Source: Eledone cirrhosa (Eukaryota). From it: 64,000 nucleotides of DNA. Positions 1 to 12,200 of the stretch are shown piece after piece; the first letter of the stretch is position 1; every line of letters starts with the position of its first letter. Under the pieces are notes generated by a model. That model did not search any database, had not been told where the DNA came from, and saw only the letters and a list, made by a program, of their open reading frames with translations. Location of the stretch: the NCBI GenBank assembly GCA_964016885.1, contig OZ024744.1, positions 30,504,001 through 30,568,000 of the forward strand, in the 5' to 3' direction. The translations under genes and the position numbers were made by a program.

Positions 1-3000
1 AGATTCCTGATGATTTCTAAAGAATGAAACAGTTCTAGTGCTGTAGAATCTCATCTATATTAAAATTCTTTGATACCCAGATTCCTGATGATTTCTAAAG
101 AATGAAACAGTTCTAGTCCCGTAGAATCTCATCTATATTAAAAATTTTTGATACCCAGATTCCTGATGATTTCTAAAGAATGAAACAGTTCTAGTCCTGT
201 AGAATCTCATCTATATTAAAATTCTTTGATACCCCCCAGATTCCTGATGATTTCTAAAGAATGAAACAGTTCTGGTCCTGTAGAATCTCATCTATATAAA
301 CATTTTTTGATACCCAGATTCCTGATGATTTCTAAAGAATGAAACAGTTCTAGTCCTGCAGAATATCATCTATATTAACGTTTTTTGATAACCAGATTCC
401 TGATGATTTCTAAAGAATGAAACAGTTCTAGTCCTGTAGAATCTCATCTATATCAACATTTTTGATACCCAGATTCCTGATGATTTCTAAACAATGAAAC
501 AGTTCAAGTCTTGTAGAATCTCATCTATATTAACATTTTTTGATACCCTGATTCCTGATGATTTCTAAAGAATGAAACAGTTCTAGTCCTGCAGAATATC
601 ATCTATATTAACGTTTTTTGATACCCAGATTCCTGATGATTTCTAAAGAATGAAACAGTTCAAGTCCTGTAGAATCTCATCTATATTAACATTTTTGATA
701 CCCAGATTCCTGATGATTTCTAAACAATGAAATAGTTCTAGTCCTGTAGAATCTCCTCTATATTAATATTTTTTGATACCCAGATTCCTGATGATTCCTA
801 AAGAATGAAACAGTTCTAGTCCTGTAGAATCACATCTATATAAAAAAATGTTGATACCCAGATTCCTGATGATTTCTAAAGAATGAGACAGTTCTAGTCC
901 AGTAGAATCTCATCTATATTAAACATTTTTTGATACCCAGATTCCTGATGATTTCTAAAGAATGAAACAGTTGTAGTCCTGCTGAATCTCATCTATATTA
1001 AAAGTTTTTGATACTCAGATTCCTGATGATTTCTAAAGAATCAAACAGTTCTAGTCCTGCAGAATCTCATCTATATAAAAAATGTTTGATACCCAGATTG
1101 CTGATGATTTCTAAAGAATGAAACAGTTCTAGTCCTGTAGAATCTCATCTATATTAAAATTTTTTGCTACCCAGATTCCTGATGATTTCTAAAGAATGAA
1201 ACAGTTCTAGTCCAGTAGAATCTCATCTATATTAAACATTTTTGATACCCAGATTCCTGATGATTTCTAAAGAATGAAACAGTTCTAGTCCTGTTAAATC
1301 TCATCTATATTAAAATTTGTTGATACCCCCCAGATTCCTGATGATTTCTAAAGAACGAAACAGTTCTAGTCCTGTAGAATCTCATCTTTATAAACATTTT
1401 TTGATACCCAGATTCCTGATGATTTCTAAAGAATGAAACAGTTCTAGTCCTGTAGAATGTCATCTATATTAAAATTTTTGATACCCAGATTCCTGATGAT
1501 TTCTAAAGAATGAAACAGTTCTAGTCCTGTAGAATCTCATCTATATTAACATTTTTTGACACCCAGGTTCCTGATAATTTCTAAAGAATGAAACAGTTCA
1601 AGTCCTGTAGAATCTCATCTATATTAACATTTTTGATACCCAGATTCCTGATGATTTCTAAAGAATGAAACAGTTTAAGTCCTGTAGAATCTCATCTATA
1701 TTAATATTTTTTGATACCCAGATTCCTGATGATTTCTAAAGAATGAAACAGTTCTAGTCCTGTAGAATCTCATCTATATTAATATTTTTTGATACCCTGA
1801 TTCCTGATGATTTCTAAAGAATGAAACAGTTCTAGTCCTGCAGAATATCATCTATATTAACGTTTTTTGATAACCAGATTCCTGATGATTTCTAAAGAAT
1901 GAAACAGTTCTAGTCCTGTAGAATCTCATCTATATTAACATTTTTGATACCCAGATTCCTGATGATTTCTAAACAATGAAACAGTTCTAGTCCTGTAGAA
2001 TCTCATCTATATTAATATTTTTTGATACCCAGATACCTGATGATTCCTAAAGAATGAAACAGTTCTAGTCCTGTAGAATCACATCTATATTAAAATTTTT
2101 GATACCCAGATTCCTGATGATTTCTAAAGAATGAAACAGTTCTAGTCCTGTAAAATCTCATCTATATTAAAATTTTTGATACCCAGATTCCTGATGATTT
2201 CTAAAGAATGAAACAGTTCTAGTCCTGTAGAACCTCATCTATATTAAAATTTTTTGATACCCACATTCCTGATGATTTCTAAAGAATGAAACAGTTCTAG
2301 TCCTGTAGAATCTCATCTATATTAACATTTTTTGATACCCAGATTCCTGATGATTTCTAAAGATTGAAACAGTTATAGTCCTTTAGAATCTCATCTCTAT
2401 TAACATTTTTTGATACCCAGATTCCTGATGATTTCTAAAGAATGAAACAGTTCTAGTCTTGTAGAATATCATCTATATTAACATTTTCTGATACCCAGAT
2501 TCCTGATGATTTCTAAAGAATGAAACAGTTCTAGTCCTGTAGAATCTCATCTATATTAACATTTTTTGATACGCAGATCCCTGATGATTTCTAAAGAATG
2601 AAACAGTTCTAGTCCTGTAGAATCTCATCTATATTAACATTTTTTGACAGCCACGTTCCTGATAATTTCTAAAGAATGAAACAGTTCAAGTCCTGCAGAA
2701 TCTCATTTATATATTAACATTTTTTGATACGCAGATTCCTGATGATTTCTAAAGAATGAAACAGTTCTAGTCCTGTAGAATCTCATCTATATTAATATTT
2801 TTTGATACCCTGATTCCTGATGATTTCTAAAGAATGAAACAGTTCTAGTCCTGCAGAATATCATCTATATTAACGTTTTTTGATAACCAGATTCCTGATG
2901 ATTTCTAAAGAATGAAACAGTTCTAGTCCTGTAGAATCTCATCTATATTAACATTTTTGATACCCAGATTCCTGATGATTTCTAAACAATGAAACAGTTC

Positions 3001-6000
3001 TAGTCCTGTAGAATCTCATCTATATTAATATTTTTTGATACCCAGATACCTGATGATTCCTAAAGAATGAAACAGTTCTAGTCCTGTAGAATCACATCTA
3101 TATTAAAAATGTTTGATACCCAGATTGCTTATGATTTCAAAAGAATGAAACAGTTCTAGTCCTGTAGAATCTCATCTATAGTAAAATTTTTTGCTACCCA
3201 GATTCCTGATGATTTCTAAAGAATGAAACAGTTCTAGTCCTGTAGAATCTCATCTATATTAAAATTTTTTGATACCCCACAGATTCCTGATGATTTCTAA
3301 AGAACGAAACAGTTCTTGTCCTGTAGAATCTCATCTTTATAAACATTTTTTGATACCCAGATTCCTGATGATTTCTAAAGAATGAAACAGTTCTACTCCT
3401 GTAGAATCTCATCTATATTAAAATTTTTGATACCCAGATTCCTGATGATTTCTAAAGAATGAAACAGTTCTAGTCCTGTAGAATCTCATCTATATTAAAA
3501 TTTTTGATACCCAGATTCCTGATGATTTCTAAAGAATGAAACAGTTCTAGTCCTGTAGAACCTCATCTATATTAAAATTTTTTGATACCCACATTCCTGA
3601 TGATTTCTAAAGAATGAAACAGTTCTAGTCCTGTAGAATCTCATCTATATTAACATTTTTTGATACCCAGATTCCTGATGATTTCTAAAGAATGAAACAG
3701 TTCTAGTCCTTTAGAATCTCATCTCTATTAACATTTTTTGATACCCAGATTCCTGATGATTTCTAAAGAATGAAACAGTTCTAGTCCTGCAGAATATCAT
3801 CTATATTAACGTTTTTTGATACCCAGATTCCTGATGATTCCTAAAGAATGAAACAGTTCTAGTCCTGTAGAATCACATCTATATAAAAAAATTTTGATAC
3901 CCAGATTCCTGATGATTTCTAAAGAATGAAACAGTTCTAGTCCTGTAGAATCTCATCTATATTAAAATTTTTTGATACCCAGATTCCTGATGATTTCATA
4001 AGAATGAAACAGTTCTAGTCCTGTAGAATCTCATCTATATTAAACATTTTTTGATACCCAGATTCCTGATGATTTCTAAAGAATGAAACAGTTGTAGTCC
4101 TGCAGAATCTCATCTATATTAAAAGTTTTTGATACTCAGATTCCTGATGATTTCTAAAGAATGAAACAGTTCTAGTCCTGTAGAATCTCATCTATATTAA
4201 AAATGTTTGATACCCAGATTGCTGATGATTTCTAAAGAATGAAACAGTTCTAGTCCTGTAGAATCTCATGTATATAAAAAAAATTTTCTGCCCAGATTCC
4301 TGATGATTTCTAAAGAATGAAATAGTTCTAGTCCTGTAGAATCTCATCTATATTAAACATTTTTGATACCCAGATTCCTGATGATTTCTAAAGAATGAAA
4401 CATTTCTAGTCCTGTAGAATCTGATCTATATTAAAATTTTTTGATACCCCCCAGATTCCTGATGATTTCTAAAGAACGAAACAGTTCTAGTCCTGTAGAA
4501 TCTCATCTTTATAAACATTTTTTGATACCCAGATTCCTGATGATTTCTAAAGAATGAAACAGTTCTAGTCCTGTAGCATCTCATCTATATTAAAATTTTT
4601 GATACCCAGATTCCTGATGATTTCTAAAGAATGAAACAGTTCTAGTCCTGTAGAATCTCATCTACATTAACATTTTTTGACACCCAGGTTCCTGATAATT
4701 TCTAAAGAATGAAACAGTTCAAGGCCTGTAGAATCTCATCTATATTAACATTTTTGATACCCAGATTCCTGATGATTTCTAAAGAATGAAACAGTTTAAG
4801 TCCTGTAGAATCTCATCTATATTAAAATTCTTTGATACCCCCCAGATTCCTGATGATTTCTAAAGAATGAAACAGTTCTAGTCCTGCAGAATATCATCTA
4901 TATTAACGTTTTTTGATAACCAGATTCCTGATGATTTCTAAAGAATGAAACAGTTCTAGTCCTGTAGAATCTCATCTATATTAACATTTTTGATACCCAG
5001 ATTCCTGATGATTTCTAAACAATGAAACAGTTCAAGTCCTGTAGAATCTCATCTATATTAACATTTTTTTATACCCAGATTCCTGATGATTTCTAAAGAA
5101 TGAAACAGTTCTGGTCCTGTAGAATCTCATCTATATAAACATTTTTTGATACCCTGATTCCTGATGATTTCTAAAGAATGAAACAGTTCTAATCCTGCAG
5201 AATATCATCTATATTAACGTTTTTTGATACCCAGATTCCTGATGATTTCTAAAGAATGAAACCGTTCAAGTCCTGTAGAATCTCATCTATATTAACATTT
5301 TTGATACCCAGATTCCTGATGATTTCTAAACAATGAAATAGTTCTAGTCCTGTAGAATCTCCTCTATATTAATATTTTTTGATACCCAGATTCCTGATGA
5401 TTCCTAAAGAATGAAACAGTTCTAGTCCTGTAGAATCACATCTATATAAAAAAATTTTGATACCCAGATTCCTGATGATTTCTAAAGAATGAGACAGTTC
5501 TAGTCCAGTAGAATCTCATCTATATTAAAAGTTTTTGATACTCAGATTCCTGATGATTTCTAAAGAATCAAACAGTTCTAGTCCTGCAGAATCTCATCTA
5601 TATTAAAAATGTTTGATACCCAGATTGCTGATGATTTCTAAAGAATGAAACAGTTCTAGTCCTGTAGAATCTCATCTATATTAAAATTGTTTGCTACCCA
5701 GATTCCTGATGATTTCTAAAGAATGAAACAGTTCTAGTCCAGTAGAATCTCATCTATATTAAACATTTTTGATACCCAGATTCCTGATGATTTCTAAAGA
5801 ATGAAACAGTTCTAGTCCTGTAGAATCTCATCTATATTAAAATTTGTTGATACCCCCCAGATTCCTGATGATTTCTAAAGAACGAAACAGTTCTAGTCCT
5901 GTAGAATCTCATCTTTATAAACATTTTTTGATACCCAGATTCCTGATGATTTCTAAAGAATGAAACAGTTCTAGTCCTGTAGAATGTCATCTATATTAAA

Positions 6001-6440
6001 ATTTTTGATACCCAGATACCTGATGATTTCTAAAGAATGAAACAGTTCTAGTCCTGTAGAATCTCATCTATATTAACATTTTTTGACACCCAGGTTCCTG
6101 ATAATTTCTAAAGAATGAAACAGTTCAAGTCCTGTAGAATCTCATCTATATTAACATTTTTGATACCCAGATTCCTGATGATTTCTAAAGAATGAAACAG
6201 TTTAAGTCCTTTAGAATCTCATCTCCATTAACATTTTTTGATACCCAGATTCCTGATGATTTCTAAAGAATGAAACAGTTCTAGTCTTGTAGAATATCAT
6301 CTATATTAACATTTTCTGATACCCAGATTCCTGATGATTCTAAAGAATGAAACAGTTCTAGTCCTGTAGAATCTCATCTATATTAACATTTTTTGATACG
6401 CAGATCCCTGATGATTTCTAAAGAATGAAACAGTTCTAGT
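1..6440. repeat. Segmental duplication, copy 1 (~6.4 kb; partner at 9212-15730)
   Basis: Rare variants recur at +9211: TAGTGCTG (g40/g9251), CTGTTAAATC (1291/10502), GTAAAATT (3181/12392), TTCTACTCC (3391/12602). After a one-monomer indel the offset is +9289: AATCCTGCAG (5191/14480), ACCGTTCAAG (5261/14550), and the 1-bp deletion CTGATGATTCTAAAG (6331/15620). Confidence 0.9.
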
Positions 6441-8432
6441 CCCGTAGAATCTCATCTATATTAAAAATTTTTGATACCCAGATTCCTGATGATTTCTAAA
6501 GAATGAAACAGTTCTAGTCCTGTAGAATCTCATCTATATTAAAATTCTTTGATACCCCCCAGATTCCTGATGATTTCTAAAGAATGAAACAGTTCTGGTC
6601 CTGTAGAATCTCATCTATATAAACATTTTTTGATACCCAGATTCCTGATGATTTCTAAAGAATGAAACAGTTCTAGTCCTGCAGAATATCATCTATATTA
6701 ACGTTTTTTGATAACCAGATTCCTGATGATTTCTAAAGAATGAAACAGTTCTAGTCCTGTAGAATCTCATCTATATTAACATTTTTGATACCCAGATTCC
6801 TGATGATTTCTAAACAATGAAACAGTTCTAGTCCTGCAGAATATCATCTATATTAACATTTTTTTATACCCAGATTCCTGATGATTTCTAAAGAATGAAA
6901 CAGTTCTGGTCCTGTAGAATCTCATCTATATAAACATTTTTTGATACCCTGATTCCTGATGATTTCTAAATAATGAAACAGTTCTAGTCCTGCAGAATAT
7001 CATCTATATTAACGTTTTTTGATACCCAGATTCCTGATGATTTCTAAAGAATGAAACAGTTCAAGTCCTGTAGAATCTCATCTATATTAACATTTTTGAT
7101 ACCCAGATTCCTGATGATTTCTAAACAATGAAATAGTTCTAGTCCTGTAGAATCTCCTCTATATTAATATTTTTTGATACCCAGATTCCTGATGATTCCT
7201 AAAGAATGAAACAGTTCTAGTCCTGTAGAATCACATCTATATAAAAAAATTTTGATACCCAGATTCCTGATGATTTCTAAAGAATGAGACAGTTCTAGTC
7301 CAGTAGAATCTCATCTATATTAAACATTTTTTGATACCCAGATTCCTGATGATTTCTAAAGAATGAAAGAGTTGTAGTCCTGCTGAATCTCATCTATATT
7401 AAAAGTTTTTGATACTCAGATTCCTGATGATTTCTAAAGAATCAAACAGTTCTAGTCCTGCAGAATCTCATCTATATTAAAAATGTTTGATACCCAGATT
7501 GCTGATGATTTCTAAAGAATGAAACAGTTCTAGTCCTGTAGAATCTCATCTATATTAAAATTTTTTGCTACCCAGATTCCTGATGATTTCTAAAGAATGA
7601 AACAGTTCTAGTCCAGTAGAATCTCATCTATATTAAACATTTTTGATACCCAGATTCCTGATGATTTCTAAAGAATGAAACAGTTCTAGTCCTGTAGAAT
7701 CTCATCTATATTAAAATTTGTTGATACCCCCCAGATTCCTGATGATTTCTAAAGAACGAAACAGTTCTAGTCCTGTAGAATCTCATCTTTATAAACATTT
7801 TTTGATACCCAGATTCCTGATGATTTCTAAAGAATGAAACAGTTCTAGTCCTGTAGAATGTCATCTATATTAAAATTTTTGATACCCAGATTCCTGATGA
7901 TTTCTAAAGAATGAAACAGTTCTAGTCCTGGAGAATCTCATCTATATTAAAATTTTTGATACCCAGATTCCTGATGAATTCTAAAGAATGAAACAGTTCT
8001 AGTCCTGTAGAACCTCATCTATATTAAAATTTTTTGATACCCACATTCCTGATGATTTCTAAAGAATGAAACAGTTCTAGTCCTGTAGAATCTCATCTAT
8101 ATTAACATTTTTTGATACCCAGATTCCTGATGATTTCTAAAGATTGAAACAGTTATAGTCCTTTAGAATCTCATCTCTATTAACATTTTTTGATACCCAG
8201 ATTCCTGATGATTTCTAAAGAATGAAACAGTTCTAGTCTTGTAGAATATCATCTATATTAACATTTTCTGATACCCAGCTTCCTGATGATTTCTAAAGAA
8301 TGAAACAGTTCTAGTCCTGTAGAATCTCATCTATATTAACATTTTTTGATACGCAGATCCGTGATGATTTCTAAAGAATGAAACAGTTCTAGTCCTGTAG
8401 AATCTCATCTATATTAACATTTTTTGACAGCC

Positions 8433-9211
8433 ACGTTCCTGATAATTTCTAAAGAATGAAACAGTTCTAGTCCTGTAGAATCTCATCTATATTAACATTT
8501 TTTCATACCCAGATTCCTGATGATTTCTAAAGAATGAAACAGTTCTAGTCCTGTAGAATCTCATCTATATTAAAAAATGTTGACACCCAGATTCCTGATG
8601 ATTTCTAAAGAATGAAACAGTTCAAGTCCTGTAGAATCTCATCTATATTAACATTTTTTGATACCCAGATTCCTGATGATTTCTAAAGAATGAAACAGTT
8701 CTAGTCCTGTAGAATCTCATCTATATTAAAATTCTTTGATACCCAGATTCCTGATCATATCTAAAGAATGAAACAGTTCTAGTCCTGTAGAAACTCATCT
8801 ATATTAACATTTTTTGACACCCAGATTCCTGATGATTTCTAAAGAATGAAACAGTTCTAGTCCTGTAGAAACTCATCTATATTAACATTTTTTGACACCC
8901 AGATTCCTGATAATTTCTAAAGAATGAAACAGTTCTAGTCCTGTAGAATCACATCTATATAAAAAATTTTGATACCCAGATTCCTGATGATTTTTAAAGA
9001 ATGAAACAGTTCTAGTCCTGTAGAATCTCATATATATTAACATTTTTTGATACCCAGATTCTTGATGATTTCTAAAGAATGAAACAGTTCTAGTCCTGTA
9101 GAATCTCATCTATATTAAAAATGTTTCATACCCAGATTCCTGATGATTTCTAAAGAATGAAACAGTTCTAGTCCTGTAGAATCTCATCTATATTAAAAAA
9201 TTTTGATGCCC
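8433..9211. repeat. Island of 10 monomers with private variants
   Basis: CTGATCATATCT (8751), GTAGAAACTC twice (~8790, ~8870), GATTTTTAAAG (~8990), CTCATATATATT (~9030) and ATGTTTCATAC (9121) were not seen in the surrounding HOR blocks. Confidence 0.75.
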
Positions 9212-12200
9212 AGATTCCTGATGATTTCTAAAGAATGAAACAGTTCTAGTGCTGTAGAATCTCATCTATATTAAAATTCTTTGATACCCAGATTCCTGAT
9301 GATTTCTAAAGAATGAAACAGTTCTAGTCCCGTAGAATCTCATCTATATTAAAAATTTTTGATACCCAGATTCCTGATGATTTCTAAAGAATGAAACAGT
9401 TCTAGTCCTGTAGAATCTCATCTATATTAAAATTCTTTGATACCCCCCAGATTCCTGATGATTTCTAAAGAATGAAACAGTTCTGGTCCTGTAGAATCTC
9501 ATCTATATAAACATTTTTTGATACCCAGATTCCTGATGATTTCTAAAGAATGAAACAGTTCTAGTCCTGCAGAATATCATCTATATTAACGTTTTTTGAT
9601 AACCAGATTCCTGATGATTTCTAAAGAATGAAACAGTTCTAGTCCTGTAGAATCTCATCTATATCAACATTTTTGATACCCAGATTCCTGATGATTTCTA
9701 AACAATGAAACAGTTCAAGTCCTGTAGAATCTCATCTATATTAACATTTTTTGATACCCTGATTCCTGATGATTTCTAAAGAATGAAACAGTTCTAGTCC
9801 TGCAGAATATCATCTATATTAACGTTTTTTGATACCCAGATTCCTGATGATTTCTAAAGAATGAAACAGTTCAAGTCCTGTAGAATCTCATCTATATTAA
9901 CATTTTTGATACCCAGATTCCTGATGATTTCTAAACAATGAAATAGTTCTAGTCCTGTAGAATCTCCTCTATATTAATATTTTTTGATACCCAGATTCCT
10001 GATGATTCCTAAAGAATGAAACAGTTCTAGTCCTGTAGAATCACATCTATATAAAAAAATGTTGATACCCAGATTCCTGATGATTTCTAAAGAATGAGAC
10101 AGTTCTAGTCCAGTAGAATCTCATCTATATTAAACATTTTTTGATACCCAGATTCCTGATGATTTCTAAAGAATGAAACAGTTGTAGTCCTGCTGAATCT
10201 CATCTATATTAAAAGTTCTTGATACTCAGATTCCTGATGATTTCTAAAGAATCAAACAGTTCTAGTCCTGCAGAATCTCATCTATATAAAAAATGTTTGA
10301 TACCCAGATTGCTGATGATTTCTAAAGAATGAAACAGTTCTAGTCCTGTAGAATCTCATCTATATTAAAATTTTTTGCTACCCAGATTCCTGATGATTTC
10401 TAAAGAATGAAACAGTTCTAGTCCAGTAGAATCTCATCTATATTAAACATTTTTGATACCCAGATTCCTGATGATTTCTAAAGAATGAAACAGTTCTAGT
10501 CCTGTTAAATCTCATCTATATTAAAATTTGTTGATACCACCCAGATTCCTGATGATTTCTAAAGAACGAAACAGTTCTAGTCCTGTAGAATCTCATCTTT
10601 ATAAACATTTTTTGATACCCAGATTCCTGATGATTTCTAAAGAATGAAACAGTTCTAGTCCTGTAGAATGTCATCTATATTAAAATTTTTGATACCCAGA
10701 TTCCTGATGATTTCTAAAGAATGAAACAGTTCTAGTCCTGTAGAATCTCATCTATATTAACATTTTTTGACACCCAGGTTCCTGATAATTTCTAAAGAAT
10801 GAAACAGTTCAAGTCCTGTAGAATCTCATCTATATTAACATTTTTGATACCCAGATTCCTGATGATTTCTAAAGAATGAAACAGTTTAAGTCCTGTAGAA
10901 TCTCATCTATATTAACATTTTTTGATACCCAGATTCCTGATGATTTCTAAAGAATGAAACAGTTCTAGTCCTGTAGAATCTCATCTATATTAATATTTTT
11001 TGATACCCTGATTCCTGATGATTTCTAAAGAATGAAACAGTTCTAGTCCTGCAGAATATCATCTATATTAACGTTTTTTGATAACCAGATTCCTGATGAT
11101 TTCTAAAGAATGAAACAGTTCTAGTCCTGTAGAATCTCATCTATATTAACATTTTTGATACCCAGATTCCTGATGATTTCTAAACAATGAAACAGTTCTA
11201 GTCCTGTAGAATCTCATCTATATTAATATTTTTTGATACCCAGATACCTGATGATTCCTAAAGAATGAAACAGTTCTAGTCCTGTAGAATCACATCTATA
11301 TTAAAATTTTTGATACCCAGATTCCTGATGATTTCTAAAGAATGAAACAGTTCTAGTCCTGTAAAATCTCATCTATATTAAAATTTTTGATACCCAGATT
11401 CCTGATGATTTCTAAAGAATGAAACAGTTCTAGTCCTGTAGAACCTCATCTATATTAAAATTTTTTGATACCCACATTCCTGATGATTTCTAAAGAATGA
11501 AACAGTTCTAGTCCTGTAGAATCTCATCTATATTAACATTTTTTGATACCCAGATTCCTGATGATTTCTAAAGATTGAAACAGTTATAGTCCTTTAGAAT
11601 CTCATCTCTATTAACATTTTTTGATACCCAGATTCCTGATGATTTCTAAAGAATGAAACAGTTCTAGTCTTGTAGAATATCATCTATATTAACATTTTCT
11701 GATACCCAGATTCCTGATGATTTCTAAAGAATGAAACAGTTCTAGTCCTGTAGAATCTCATCTATATTAACATTTTTTGATACGCAGATCCCTGATGATT
11801 TCTAAAGAATGAAACAGTTCTAGTCCTGTAGAATCTCATCTATATTAACATTTTTTGACAGCCACGTTCCTGATAATTTCTAAAGAATGAAACAGTTCAA
11901 GTCCTGCAGAATCTCATTTATATATTAACATTTTTTGATACGCAGATTCCTGATGATTTCTAAAGAATGAAACAGTTCTAGTCCTGTAGAATCTCATCTA
12001 TATTAATATTTTTTGATACCCTGATTCCTTATGATTTCTAAAGAATGAAACAGTTCTAGTCCTGCAGAATATCATCTATATTAACGTTTTTTGATAACCA
12101 GATTCCTGATGATTTCTAAAGAATGAAACAGTTCTAGTCCTGTAGAATCTCATCTATATTAACATTTTTGATACCCAGATTCCTGATGATTTCTAAACAA

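Noticed and set aside
55-66. TATA-like motifs (CTATATTAA / CTATATAAA) and T-runs as promoters or terminators
   Set aside because: These are expected in an AT-rich monomer and have no downstream gene; function cannot be supported from sequence alone.
1-78. Tandem tRNA or C/D-box snoRNA array (tRNA-like length; TGATGA and CTGA motifs)
   Set aside because: There is no cloverleaf, T-loop or Pol III A/B box. CTGA and TGATGA overlap within CCTGATGA, and there is no independent evidence for a snoRNA architecture; ~820 spacerless copies fit satellite DNA.
8882-9109. 75-aa ORF on the minus strand (MRFYRTRTVSFFRNHQESGYQKMLIY...)
   Set aside because: It is a translation of three satellite monomers. 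It exists only because a local SNP removes the TAG (CATATAT at ~9030) and a 77-bp monomer shifts the frame. There is no gene context or recognisable domain.
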